A stretch of DNA of 64,000 nucleotides from an uncultured Spirochaetota bacterium. GTDB taxonomy: Bacteria; Spirochaetota; Spirochaetia; SZUA-6; Fen-1364. The notes under the pieces are model-generated. The model was given only the letters and a program-made list of their open reading frames with translations, was not told where the DNA came from and did no database searches. The stretch lies in NCBI GenBank assembly GCA_963820525.1, contig CAWGAA010000002.1, positions 192,001 through 256,000 of the forward strand, in the 5' to 3' direction. Position 1 is the stretch's first letter. Each line of letters starts with the position of its first letter. Positions 1 to 9,860 of this stretch are shown here, one piece after another. A program made the position numbers and the translations under genes.

Positions 1-819
1 GCCCCAGAGGGTATCGGCCAGCTGTTTGCCCAGCGCTCCGGCGAGAGAGACGGGATACGTGATGCCGCGCAGGAGCACGTAGGTGACGAGATAGATGGCG
101 AGAATGACCGCGAGATTGTAGGACATCGAATCGATGGCTTCCGTGTCCGTGCGCAGGAGCGCCCCGACGGGCAGGCTCTCCTTCGGGCCGTAGATTCCCG
201 TGCGCAGCTCCTTCTTGCTCATGCCGGCGAGGGACTTCTTCTCCAGCCAGCCCCTGCTCCTGCCGTAGTTGATGAGATAGACCCCGCCGATGCACCCCCA
301 GATGTATCCCATTGCCGCGAATATGAGGCCGAGGTTTCCCGCGTTCTCGAATCCCGAGGATTCCCATGCCTTTCCGATGGCGAAGGATTGGCCGGGCCCC
401 AGGCCGTAGCCGAGGGCCAGGAAGAAGCCGAAGTTGAGGAAGAGCTTCGGCATGGCGGCGACGATGATCAACGCCGTCAGCGCCAGTCCGACGATGACCT
501 GGATGGTGTACTGGGAAACGATGGTCACGGCGGTGGCGAAGATCCGCTTTCCCGATCCCTTCACGGAGCCTTCCTTGAGGCTCATCGCGATAAAGGAGAG
601 GTTCAACAGGTGGAAGACGAGGTTTCCCAGGCCGTCGCTGTTCATGCCGATGCGCGGCGCCAGGAAGTTGTAGAAGGGCAGGAGGAGAAAACCCGCCGTG
701 AGGGCATTGGGGATGAGATAGCGCTGGAAAAAGGGGACCTTGGCTCTGACGAGCGTGGCAATGAGCAGGGCGAGGGAGATGAGCCCGAAATCGAGGAAGA
801 TCGACCATGAGAAAGTCAT
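1..819 (-). CDS. Sodium/glutamate symporter-family membrane transporter (3' end runs off the window)
   Basis: Manual translation from ATG 819: MTFSWSIFLDFGLISLALLIATLVRAKVPFFQRYLIPNALTAG...GYGLGPGQSFAIG. Multiple hydrophobic segments with GltS-like motifs. Not in the ORF track because it has no stop in the window. Confidence 0.7.
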   Translation of the reverse strand, partial: MTFSWSIFLDFGLISLALLIATLVRAKVPFFQRYLIPNALTAGFLLLPFYNFLAPRIGMNSDGLGNLVFHLLNLSFIAMSLKEGSVKGSGKRIFATAVTIVSQYTIQVIVGLALTALIIVAAMPKLFLNFGFFLALGYGLGPGQSFAIGKAWESSGFENAGNLGLIFAAMGYIWGCIGGVYLINYGRSRGWLEKKSLAGMSKKELRTGIYGPKESLPVGALLRTDTEAIDSMSYNLAVILAIYLVTYVLLRGITYPVSLAGALGKQLADTLWG

Positions 820-1014
820 GCCGATATCACCCCCGGGCGTCCCCGGCATCTCGCGGGACAGCCCCCTTCAGGCCGGGAGTTTAGCAGGAATGAGGCGGGG
901 TGTCGAGGAGCCGCGAAAGGCGCGGCCGTCAAAGGCGCGATCGGCCTCTGTACAGCGTGCGGTGTTTCCACTACCCTTGCGGGAGCAAATTGTACAAAGG
1001 TAGAAGGAGGCGGT

Positions 1015-3552
1015 ATGGGGCTTCTCAGCTTCACCGTCAAGCCGAACATCCCCGAGCAGCTCAAGGCGCTCGAGGAGCTTGCCAACAATCTGTGGATCAG
1101 CTGGAACTTCGAGGCGATCATGCTCTTCATGCGTCTCGACTACGAGACGTGGCTCGCTTCGCGCCAGAACCCGACGCGGATGCTCGGCATGGTCTCCCAG
1201 AAGAGGCTCGAGGAGGCGGCCACCGACGACTCGTTCCTCGCCGCCCTGGAAGCGGTTTACGGCAAGTTCAAGCGCTATCAGAGCGCCGAACGCTGGTACA
1301 CGGGGCCCATGGACAAGGTGATCGCCTACTTCTCCATGGAATACGGCCTGGACGTGGCGCTTCCCACGTATTCCGGCGGCCTGGGAGTCCTGTCGGGGGA
1401 CCATATGAAGACCTCCTCAGATCTGGGCCTTCCGCTGGTAGGAGTGGGCCTTCTCTACAGGCAGGGTTATTTCCAGCAATACCTCAACGTGGACGGTTTC
1501 CAGCAGGAGCTGTACCCGGAAAACGACTGGTACAACATGCCCGTTACGCTGTGCCGCGACGCCAAGGGCAAGCCCATCACCGTCGTCGTAGAGCTCGCCG
1601 ACAAGCCGGTTTCCGCGTGGATCTGGGAGGTGAAGGTGGGAAGGAACTCCCTCTACCTCCTGGACACGAACATCGAGTCAAACACTCCGCAGAGCCGTCC
1701 CGTCACCGCCTCGCTGTACGGCGGCGACAGGGAGACGAGGATCCAGCAGGAGATCCTCCTGGGAATGGGAGGGATCCGCGCGCTTCGCGCCCTGGGCCTG
1801 ACGCCGGCGGTGGTGCACATGAACGAAGGCCACTCCGCGTTCCTCGGCATCGAGCGCATCCGCCTGCTCATGCGGGAGGCCAAGCTCTCCTTTGCCGAGG
1901 CATGGCAGGCCGTGTGGTCCAGCTGCATCTTCACCACCCATACGCCGGTCCCGGCGGGCAACGAGCGTTTTTCTCCGAGCCTCATGGAGAAGTACTTCCG
2001 GCCCGTGTGCCAGGAGCTCGGCATGGTTTGGAAGGATTTTCTCGCGCTGGGCCGGGAAGACCCGAACAACGACGGGGAGGAGTTCTGCCTCACCGTGCTT
2101 GCGCTGAAACTTTCGGCCTACAACAATGGAGTGAGCAAGCTGCACGGCGAGGTGTCCCGCCACATGTGGCGGCGCATCTGGCCATCGCTCCCCCTCGACG
2201 AGATTCCCATCTCCCACGTCACCAACGGCGTTCACCCCCGTACCTGGGTCACCCACGACATGGTGGATCTCCTGGACCGGTACTTCGGCCCCGACTTCCA
2301 CGACGAGCCGACGAACCTGGCGGTGTGGGCCAGGATCAACCGGATCTCAGACGAGGAGCTGTGGCGGACCCACGAGCGGCGGCGCGAGCACATGGTGGCC
2401 TACGCCCGCTCGCGCCTCATGGCGCAGCTGGCGCGTCGCGGGGTTACCAACGCCGAGGTCTCCCAGGCCGAGGGTGCCCTGTCTCCCTATGCCCTCACGA
2501 TCAGCTTCGCTCGACGCTTCGCCACCTACAAGCGGGCGGACCTCCTCCTTCGAGACCCCGACAGGCTCACCCGGCTCCTCACGGACAAGGAAAAGCCCGT
2601 GCAGATGATCTTCGCGGGCAAGGCGCATCCTCACGACCTTGCCGGCAAGGAGATCATCAAGAGGATCATCCATTTCGCGAGCGAACCCCGGGTGCGCAGC
2701 CGGATCGTCTTCCTGGAGGACTACGACATGACCATGGCCCGCTACCTGGTGTCGGGAAGCGACCTGTGGCTCAACTGTCCCCGAAGGCCCCTGGAGGCGA
2801 GCGGGACCAGCGGCATGAAGGCGGCGATAAACGGCGTGCTCAACATCTCGGTGCTCGACGGCTGGTGGGACGAGGCTTTCTCCAAGGAAATCGGCTGGGC
2901 GATCGGACGCGGAGAGGAGTACGAGGACCAGTCTCTACAAGATGAGGTGGAGGGCAAGGCCCTCTACGACCTTCTGGAGCGCGAGATCGTCCCCCTGTTT
3001 TACACCCGCGGCATGGACGGTCTTCCCCGGGAATGGATCCGCATGATGAAGGCCTCGATGAGCCGCGTGGGGCAGGGCTTCAGCACCCACCGGATGCTGC
3101 TGGAGTACGCCCAGAGGTTCTACGAGCCGGCCCTCGCCAACTTTGCCGCTTTCACTGCCGACGGCTCCAGCCTGGCCAAGGAGATGGCGGCATACGTGGA
3201 GAAGCTGAAGGAGAACTGGGGCGCCCTTCGAATCGAGGAACTCACCTCCTCCAGCGCGTCGATCCTCAAGGTCGGCGACACCATCTCGATCCGCGCCAAG
3301 GTTTTTCTCGCCGGCCTGTCCTCAAGCGATGTCGCCGTGGAGCTGTACCACGGCACCCTCTCCTCCCAGGGTGAGATCGGGCAGCCGATGCGAAAGGAGA
3401 TGACCGCCTGCGGCCGCGACGGGCAGAGCTCGATCTATTGCGTCGATCTGATCTGCGAGGCCACGGGGAGACAGGGTTTCACCCTGCGGATCCTGCCCAA
3501 GCACAGGGCCCTGGTGCACCCATTCCTTCCCGGCCTGGTCAAATGGGGCTGA
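1015..3552 (+). CDS. glgP: Alpha-glucan (glycogen/maltodextrin) phosphorylase
   Basis: 845 aa. Motifs YFSMEYG, YSGGLGVLSGD, NEGHSAF, ARRFATYKR and EASGTSGMKAA (PLP lysine). RBS AAGGAGG upstream. Confidence 0.95.
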   Translation: MGLLSFTVKPNIPEQLKALEELANNLWISWNFEAIMLFMRLDYETWLASRQNPTRMLGMVSQKRLEEAATDDSFLAALEAVYGKFKRYQSAERWYTGPMDKVIAYFSMEYGLDVALPTYSGGLGVLSGDHMKTSSDLGLPLVGVGLLYRQGYFQQYLNVDGFQQELYPENDWYNMPVTLCRDAKGKPITVVVELADKPVSAWIWEVKVGRNSLYLLDTNIESNTPQSRPVTASLYGGDRETRIQQEILLGMGGIRALRALGLTPAVVHMNEGHSAFLGIERIRLLMREAKLSFAEAWQAVWSSCIFTTHTPVPAGNERFSPSLMEKYFRPVCQELGMVWKDFLALGREDPNNDGEEFCLTVLALKLSAYNNGVSKLHGEVSRHMWRRIWPSLPLDEIPISHVTNGVHPRTWVTHDMVDLLDRYFGPDFHDEPTNLAVWARINRISDEELWRTHERRREHMVAYARSRLMAQLARRGVTNAEVSQAEGALSPYALTISFARRFATYKRADLLLRDPDRLTRLLTDKEKPVQMIFAGKAHPHDLAGKEIIKRIIHFASEPRVRSRIVFLEDYDMTMARYLVSGSDLWLNCPRRPLEASGTSGMKAAINGVLNISVLDGWWDEAFSKEIGWAIGRGEEYEDQSLQDEVEGKALYDLLEREIVPLFYTRGMDGLPREWIRMMKASMSRVGQGFSTHRMLLEYAQRFYEPALANFAAFTADGSSLAKEMAAYVEKLKENWGALRIEELTSSSASILKVGDTISIRAKVFLAGLSSSDVAVELYHGTLSSQGEIGQPMRKEMTACGRDGQSSIYCVDLICEATGRQGFTLRILPKHRALVHPFLPGLVKWG

Positions 3553-4243
3553 AGCTGAAGAGCCCTTCCAGGACCACGAAGAGCACGATGAGGAGGAGGG
3601 CGGGAAGGAAGTTGGCCGTTTTCAGCTTGGCAAGCCCCAGCAGGTTGACGCCGATCATCAGGACGAGCGCTCCCCCCACCCCGGTGAGCTCCCGCAGGAG
3701 AATGTCCGAGACCAGCGGTTTCAGCCACGCGGCGGCAAGCGTCAGCGCCCCCTGGTAGACGAGGACCGTTACGGCCGAGAACGCCACCCCGATTCCCAGC
3801 GCCGCGGTGAGCATGACGGCCATGAACCCGTCCAGAACCGACTTGGTCAGGATGAGGGTGTAGTCGCCCTCCGTTCCCGCCTTGAAGGATCCGACGAGCG
3901 CCATTGCCCCCACGCAGAACAGGACCGATGCCGTGAGGAACGCGTAGGCGAAATCCTTTCCGCTCTCCTTGCGAGCGAAGGTCCGCTTGAGCGCCTCTCC
4001 CAGCGCGAGAATTCCGTCCTCGATCTTCCACCACTCTCCCAGTATTCCGCCGATGATGAGCGACAGGGCGAGAAAAACGATCTTCGAGCTCTCCAGGGCC
4101 ATTTTGACGCCCAGGATGACGGTCATGATCCCGGCGCCGACGTAGACGATGTTCTTGAACGACTCCTTTATCCTTGCGTGCAGGAGAAGCCCGATGATAG
4201 ATCCGAGGATGACTGCGGCTGCGTTGATGACGGTGGCGATCAT
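3539..4243 (-). CDS. DUF554-family membrane protein
   Basis: MIATVINAAAVILGSIIG, LFCVGAMALVGS, LTKSVLDGF, KTANFLPAL; hydrophobic throughout. Confidence 0.85.
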   Translation of the reverse strand: MIATVINAAAVILGSIIGLLLHARIKESFKNIVYVGAGIMTVILGVKMALESSKIVFLALSLIIGGILGEWWKIEDGILALGEALKRTFARKESGKDFAYAFLTASVLFCVGAMALVGSFKAGTEGDYTLILTKSVLDGFMAVMLTAALGIGVAFSAVTVLVYQGALTLAAAWLKPLVSDILLRELTGVGGALVLMIGVNLLGLAKLKTANFLPALLLIVLFVVLEGLFSFSPI

Positions 4244-4373
4244 GGCAAGGCACGATAGCTGAATTCGAGGCCAAAGGGAAGCGTCCACGAAGCCGCGGGG
4301 AGCGTCTCACCGCCGGCCATGTCGGCCCCAAGCCCTTGTCGGACGACTCCAAAACCCGTAGAATCCGCAGGCT

Positions 4374-4832
4374 GTGAGAGTACGCAACGCCGCGGCCGCC
4401 GTAGTGATCTTCGCCTCGCTTCTCTTCTGTCCCTCGATGTTCGCCGACGATGTCGACCCGGCTTCGATCATCGGCATGGAATTGAAGCAGGCATTCGACG
4501 CCTTCGGCGCTCCCCGGGAAGTCTTTTCCTTCCGGGGACCCGAGGAGTGGCAGGACAACGTCGTGTTCTTCTATCCCAATTACACCTATCTTTTCTGGTA
4601 CAGGAACAGGGTGTGGCAGGTACGATGTGACGGGAGGTTCGGCGGAACGCTTTTCGGGCTCTCTTTCGGCATGGGCCGCGAGGCTGTGAAGGAGAAGCTC
4701 GGGCGGCCGCTCGCCGACCAGGACGGCTCGCTTTACTTCGACATCGACGGGGGGAAGTATCCCATCCGCGTTCGCCTCGTTTTCGCCGCGGAAAGCCTTT
4801 CCGACGTCTACGTGTACAGGAGCGACTTTTGA
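4374..4832 (+). CDS. Hypothetical exported protein
   Basis: 152 aa with an N-terminal signal-like segment; its stop overlaps the start of the next gene. Confidence 0.7.
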   Translation: MRVRNAAAAVVIFASLLFCPSMFADDVDPASIIGMELKQAFDAFGAPREVFSFRGPEEWQDNVVFFYPNYTYLFWYRNRVWQVRCDGRFGGTLFGLSFGMGREAVKEKLGRPLADQDGSLYFDIDGGKYPIRVRLVFAAESLSDVYVYRSDF

Positions 4833-6376
4833 AGACGCGCGCGTCAAGCTTCGATGCGCCCCTCGACGGAGCGAATCTCTGCCTCTGCCTGACGGGACGC
4901 TCCATCGAGGAGGACCTCCAGATCGTTCGTGAACACGGCAGGCATGCCGACCTCCTGGAGCTTCGCGTCGATTTTCTCTCCGCCGGCGAGCGCTCCCTCG
5001 CCTCGCGAATACCCGGGCTTGTCCGGCTTCCCGTGATCCTCACGGTCCGCCGGACCAAGGAAGGGGGGCAGTTCGCGGGTGAGGAATCCGAGAGGGTCTC
5101 CCTTTTACGGCGGCTTGTTTCCAGCGGCTTCGCTTTCGCGGATCTCGAGGAGGATCTGGAGGCCCCGGAGCTCGACCAGGCGGCGCGCGCGGCCGGATGC
5201 CGCGTCATCCGCTCGCTGCACGATACCGGCGGAGTTCCAGAGGACCTGGCGCGGCGGCTCGCCTGCATTGCGCGAAACCGGCAGGAGATCGCCAAGGCGG
5301 CCGTCACTCCCTGCGGCGCCGAGGAGCTCCGGCGGCTTCTGGGTGTGTTCGCGGAAACGCGCGGGATGGCGAAGATCCTCATTGGAATGGGCGAGGTGGG
5401 TTTTCCCACCCGCGTGCTGGCGGGCAAGCTCGGCTCCCTGGTGTCCTACTCATCGGGCCCGGGGAGGAACGCCGCGCCCGGGCAGACGGATCCCGGGACC
5501 CTTCACGATCTGTATCGCTTCCATTCCATCGGGGCAGAGACCGCGGTGTTCGGGGTGATCGGCGATCCCATTGCCCACACGCTTTCGCCCCTGATCCACA
5601 ACAGGGGATTCGCGGCGCTGGGAATGGACGCCGTTTACCTGCCGTTTCTCGTGGATGAACCGGCGCCGTTCCTGAAGGCGGCCGAGACGCTGGATATCCG
5701 GGGCTTTTCCGTCACGATCCCGCACAAGCAGGCCGTCATCCCGCTGCTTGAGCGGCGCGACCGGTTCGTGGAATCGGCCGGTGCGTGCAACACGGTGATG
5801 AAGAGCCCCACCGGGTGGAGCGGATTCAACACCGATTCCGAAGGCTTTCTCTCCCCCCTGCGCCAGGAGCTGGGCGGCGAGATCCCGCCCGGATTGAAGG
5901 CCACCGTGATCGGCGCCGGAGGGGCTTCCCGGGCAGTTGTGTCGGCTCTCCGCGAGCATGGTGCCCGGGTCCTCGTCCTCAACCGCACCCCGGGGAGGGC
6001 CGAAGAGCTTGCGCGCGCCTTCGATGCCAGCTGGGCCTGCCTTGACGAGAATGGCATTGGACTGATGAGCGCCTACTCGGACCTCATCGTGCAGACGACG
6101 AGCGTGGGGATGGAGCCGGAGCCCGATGGCGACCCCGCGCCGGGATATCTTTTCACGGGCCGTGAAGTCGCCTACGATCTGGTGTACAGACCCGCAGTGA
6201 CGCGTTTTCTTTCCCGGGCGCGCGCGGCGGGATGCCGCATCGTTTTGGGATCCCGCATGCTCCTGGCCCAGGCTTTTGCGCAGTTCAAGCTGTTCACGGG
6301 GCGCGAGTATCCCGGGGAAATCGCGGCGGGGTTGGAGGAAGAGATGGGACTCGGGAGCGCGGCGTGGCAGATATGA
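4829..6376 (+). CDS. aroE: Bifunctional type I 3-dehydroquinate dehydratase / shikimate dehydrogenase
   Basis: N-half ELRVD, ILTVRRTKEGG, SLHD, APGQ (AroD type I). C-half GDPIAHTLSP, SVTIPHK, NTD, GAGGASRA, NRT, DLVYRP (AroE). Confidence 0.9.
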   Translation: MKTRASSFDAPLDGANLCLCLTGRSIEEDLQIVREHGRHADLLELRVDFLSAGERSLASRIPGLVRLPVILTVRRTKEGGQFAGEESERVSLLRRLVSSGFAFADLEEDLEAPELDQAARAAGCRVIRSLHDTGGVPEDLARRLACIARNRQEIAKAAVTPCGAEELRRLLGVFAETRGMAKILIGMGEVGFPTRVLAGKLGSLVSYSSGPGRNAAPGQTDPGTLHDLYRFHSIGAETAVFGVIGDPIAHTLSPLIHNRGFAALGMDAVYLPFLVDEPAPFLKAAETLDIRGFSVTIPHKQAVIPLLERRDRFVESAGACNTVMKSPTGWSGFNTDSEGFLSPLRQELGGEIPPGLKATVIGAGGASRAVVSALREHGARVLVLNRTPGRAEELARAFDASWACLDENGIGLMSAYSDLIVQTTSVGMEPEPDGDPAPGYLFTGREVAYDLVYRPAVTRFLSRARAAGCRIVLGSRMLLAQAFAQFKLFTGREYPGEIAAGLEEEMGLGSAAWQI

Positions 6377-7323
6377 AATTCCCCATCAACCCGGAAGAGC
6401 TTTCGGAGATCGTGGCCGTCTGCGATCAGGACGGGATCATTCTCTGGTGGAACCGGGCCGGCAGCGAAATCACGGGATTCTCCGCGGATGATCTTGCGGG
6501 ATATCACGTCGAATCGCTTTTCTCTGAAGAATCCCGGGGGGGCCTCGCTGAAATCCTCAGCCTGCGCAGGACGGGAACCATCCTGCCGGGAATGCCTCTC
6601 CGCCTTCTCACCAACTACGGGATGGAGGTGCCGGTGGAGGCGACTTCCCTCCCTCGCTACAAGGAGGGAACGTTCGACGGATGGCTGCTGATCCTGCGGG
6701 ACGTCACCCTGAAGGTTCAGCAGGTCGGGCAGCTCGACAAGCTGGATCTCCTCTATAGAAGCCTCGTGGAGAACTCGCCGGCCATCGTCTATGTGCTCGA
6801 TGATCAGGGCAAGCTGATTTTCGTCAACGACACGGCGGAGCTCCTCTTGGGCTACGCCAAGGCGGAGCTCATCGGGCGCGAGCTCTCGGACTTCGTACAC
6901 CCCGAGGACAGGGCGCGTGCATACTGGCCGCTTCGGGAGCGCAGGCGTTTCCCCCGCGCCACGCAGAACTGCGAGTTCCGCTTCGTGACCAAAGCCGGCA
7001 CCACCCGCCGCTTCGATCTCGATTACCTCTACGTCTCCCTCAACAGCATCGGCCTGCAGGATCCCGTCTCGGCTCCGGGGCAGGATCAGGCCCTCTCTCT
7101 CGGCACTCAGGGCATTGCGCGCGACATCACGGAGCTGGTCATGTTCCGCGAGTTCTCCCGGCAGGTCTCGCTGATCCTTCCCATCTGCAGCGTTTGCCAC
7201 AAGATCCGGGTGGAAATAAAGGGCGGCGAGGAATGGGTTCCCCTCGATTCGTATATCTCGGGCAAGACCACCACGCGCTTCTCCCACACCTTCTGCCCCG
7301 ATCATATGCCGAAGGCGGAGTGA
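6373..7323 (+). CDS. Tandem PAS-domain protein with a C-terminal Cys/His (zinc-ribbon-like) motif
   Basis: ATG at 6373 overlaps the aroE stop. Two PAS-like units (WNRAGSEITGFS; VNDTAELLLGY...VHPEDR), then LPICSVCHKIR...FSHTFCPDH. Confidence 0.8.
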   Translation: MKFPINPEELSEIVAVCDQDGIILWWNRAGSEITGFSADDLAGYHVESLFSEESRGGLAEILSLRRTGTILPGMPLRLLTNYGMEVPVEATSLPRYKEGTFDGWLLILRDVTLKVQQVGQLDKLDLLYRSLVENSPAIVYVLDDQGKLIFVNDTAELLLGYAKAELIGRELSDFVHPEDRARAYWPLRERRRFPRATQNCEFRFVTKAGTTRRFDLDYLYVSLNSIGLQDPVSAPGQDQALSLGTQGIARDITELVMFREFSRQVSLILPICSVCHKIRVEIKGGEEWVPLDSYISGKTTTRFSHTFCPDHMPKAE

Positions 7324-7416
7324 AGCCGCTCCATCGAGAATATTTTCACGATTACGGCTTGACTCATTTTTCTTTTTTTGTACTATTATGCAAACCTTCA
7401 TCAAGAGAGGAAAACG

Positions 7417-8493
7417 ATGCCGCACAAGAAACTCTTCATCCCAGGGCCTACCGAAGTCCATCCCGACATCCTGGCCGCCATGGCCACTCCCATGATCGGG
7501 CACAGAGGATCCGAGTACACGGAGCTGCAGAAGCGCGCCACAGAAAAGGTGCAGAAGCTTCTCTTTACCGCCAATCCCGTGCTCTTCTCCGCCTCATCGG
7601 GAAGCGGGTTGATGGAAGGGGCGATTCGCTGCAGCACCGCCAAGCGTGCCATCGTTTTCTCCGTCGGCACCTTTGGAAACCGCTGGCACGAGATCGCCGA
7701 AGGCAATGGAGTTCCCTCGGACAAGCACGAGGTGGAGTGGGGCACCGGGATCACCCCGAAGATCGTGGAGCAGTACCTGTCCACGGGCAAGTACGACTGC
7801 GCCACCGTCACCCACAGCGAAACCTCCACCGGAGTCATGAACAATCTCGAGGAGCTGGCCCCCGTGTTCAAGAAATACCCCGAGGTGGTGTGGTGCATCG
7901 ACGCGGTGTCCTCGGCGGGCGGAGTCAAGATAGAGACCGACAAGCTGGGAATCGACATCCTGGTCACCTCCAGCCAGAAATGCCTCGGCCTGCCCCCCGG
8001 GCTGAGCCTCGCCACGCTCTCCCCCAAGGCGGAGGAGCGCGCCAAGGGGGTGAAGAACCGCGGCTACTACTTCGACCTCCTTCAGCTCTTGAAGTTCATC
8101 CGGGAGAAGAACTACCAGTATCCCTCCACGATGAGCATCTCCCACATGTTCGCCCTGGATCGGCAGCTGGACAGGATGATGGCCGAAGGCTTCGACGCGC
8201 GGTTCAAGAGGCATGCCGAGATGGCGGCCATCGTCCAGGAGTGGGCAAAGAAGTATTTCGCCCTGTATCCCGAAGAGAAGCTCGCCTCCAAGACCGTGAC
8301 GTGCATCAAGAACACGCGCGGCATCGTGGTGGCGGATCTCAACAAGGAGCTGGGAAAGCGCAACCTTCAGCTCTCCAACGGCTACGGAAAGCTCAAGGAG
8401 CAGACCTTCCGCATCGCCCACATGGGAGACCTTCAGAAGAGCGACATCAACGAGCTTCTCACGGCCGTCCAGGACATCCTGAAGCTGAAATGA
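7417..8493 (+). CDS. Class V PLP aminotransferase (alanine-glyoxylate / serine-pyruvate family)
   Basis: LFIPGPTEV, THSETSTG, IDAVSS, SSQKCLGLPPG (PLP Lys), FRIAHMG. RBS GAGAGG. Confidence 0.9.
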   Translation: MPHKKLFIPGPTEVHPDILAAMATPMIGHRGSEYTELQKRATEKVQKLLFTANPVLFSASSGSGLMEGAIRCSTAKRAIVFSVGTFGNRWHEIAEGNGVPSDKHEVEWGTGITPKIVEQYLSTGKYDCATVTHSETSTGVMNNLEELAPVFKKYPEVVWCIDAVSSAGGVKIETDKLGIDILVTSSQKCLGLPPGLSLATLSPKAEERAKGVKNRGYYFDLLQLLKFIREKNYQYPSTMSISHMFALDRQLDRMMAEGFDARFKRHAEMAAIVQEWAKKYFALYPEEKLASKTVTCIKNTRGIVVADLNKELGKRNLQLSNGYGKLKEQTFRIAHMGDLQKSDINELLTAVQDILKLK

Positions 8494-8549
8494 TCGGCTC
8501 ACGGCCGCCTTCGCTGCCGTCTTAGCAGTGCGCCCGGCAGGACGCACTA

Positions 8550-8691
8550 GAAAACAGGCAGCAGATGGCTCCGCTGCCTGTCCAAATCTGCTCCCCCTAT
8601 TGGACGAGCTTAGAACATATTACTATGAGCACGGGATTGAGGAGATACCAGCTCTTCTCGCCGTTTGACAAGCGTGTTCGAGCCGGTTTCT
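8550..8691. repeat. Left copy of a 142-bp inverted repeat bounding an accessory island
   Basis: Reverse complement of 14810-14951 with only 2 mismatches (at 8614 and 8622). Confidence 0.95.
8551..8581 (-). terminator. Intrinsic terminator-like hairpin inside the inverted repeat, downstream of the tRNA-like 3' end
   Basis: Minus strand reads ACAGGCAGC-loop-GCTGCCTGT followed by Ts. A second copy lies at about 14920-14950 on the plus strand. Confidence 0.6.
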
Positions 8692-8723
8692 GCTCCCCCG
8701 GACGGACTCGAACCGCCGACCTA

Positions 8724-9860
8724 GTGTAGTGCGTCACAAATCTATTGACATATGTCTCGCTTCCTTGTATACTACCCTTGAAATGAGCAGGAAAGCCCAA
8801 GCGATTATACTCTGCGAAGCCGAGCGCGGGACGCTGGACACGTGGAAACACAGTAGAAGTCTCCCTCACCGGCAGGTGATTCGCGCACAGATCATCACAC
8901 GAGCGGCTGATGGCCAAGACAGTCAGGACATCGCCAGGGCTTTGCACGTGTCACGTCCCACGGTTCAGCTTTGGTGTCAGCGATTTCTCGCCCTGCGCGT
9001 GGAGGGTTTGCTGAAGGACGCGCCCCGGCCGGGAAGAAATCCCCGCATCTCAGCAGGAAAAATCAAGAAAGTGGTAGAGGCAACCTTGCACAGTACTCCC
9101 GCAAACGCCACCCATTGGAGTACGCGGAGCATGGCCAGAGCACAGAAACTCTCCGAAGCCAGTATTCGCCGCATCTGGAAACAACACAATCTCAAACCCC
9201 ATCTGGTGGAAACGTTCAAACTCAGTCGTGATAAAAACTTCGTGGAGAAGCTGAAGGACGTAGTCGGACTGTATCTGAATCCACCGGATAAGGCTCTTGT
9301 ATTATGTGTGGATGAAAAGAGCCAGATTCAAGCGCTCGACCGAACCCAGCCGCTGTTGCCCATGCGGCCGGGTGTTCCAGCTCGTCAGTCGCACGACTAT
9401 AAACGCAACGGCACGACAACGTTGTTCGCCGCTCTGAGCATGCTGGATGGACGGGTCATCGGTGATTGCATGCCACGGCATCGGCATCAGGAGTTCATCC
9501 GGTTTCTGAAAAAAATCGATGTCGAGACACCACCAGAATTGGAGCTTCACCTGATCGTGGACAACTACGGGACTCACAAACATGCTCGGGTGAAAGCATG
9601 GATTCAACGCCACCCCCGCTACCATCTGCATTTCATCCCGACGTCTAGTTCGTGGTTGAATATGGTCGAACGCTGGTTTCGTGAGATAACCGATAAAAGA
9701 ATTCGTCGTGGGACTTTCCCCAACGTCCAGACTCTGATTGCGGCTATTAAGCAGTACCTTGAGAATCACAATCAAAACCCGCAAGCCTTCGTCTGGAGTG
9801 CCCCGGTTGCGCATCCTCGCCAAAATCGCCAAATGTAAAGAAGCGTGAGACGCACTACAC
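8724..9860 (+). mobile_element. IS630-family insertion sequence, 1137 bp
   Basis: 12-bp terminal IRs GTGTAGTGCGTC (8724-8735) and GACGCACTACAC (9849-9860). TA duplicated at 8722-8723 and 9861-9862. Encodes a DDE transposase. Confidence 0.95.
8783..9838 (+). CDS. IS630 transposase; extreme C-terminus appears frameshifted
   Basis: DAPRPGR, WSTRSMA, VLCVDEKSQIQAL, DYKRNGTTTL, LIVDNYGTH, SSSWLNMVERWF. After WSAPV the typical tail RILAKIAKCKEA is in another frame. Confidence 0.85.
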   Translation: MSRKAQAIILCEAERGTLDTWKHSRSLPHRQVIRAQIITRAADGQDSQDIARALHVSRPTVQLWCQRFLALRVEGLLKDAPRPGRNPRISAGKIKKVVEATLHSTPANATHWSTRSMARAQKLSEASIRRIWKQHNLKPHLVETFKLSRDKNFVEKLKDVVGLYLNPPDKALVLCVDEKSQIQALDRTQPLLPMRPGVPARQSHDYKRNGTTTLFAALSMLDGRVIGDCMPRHRHQEFIRFLKKIDVETPPELELHLIVDNYGTHKHARVKAWIQRHPRYHLHFIPTSSSWLNMVERWFREITDKRIRRGTFPNVQTLIAAIKQYLENHNQNPQAFVWSAPVAHPRQNRQM

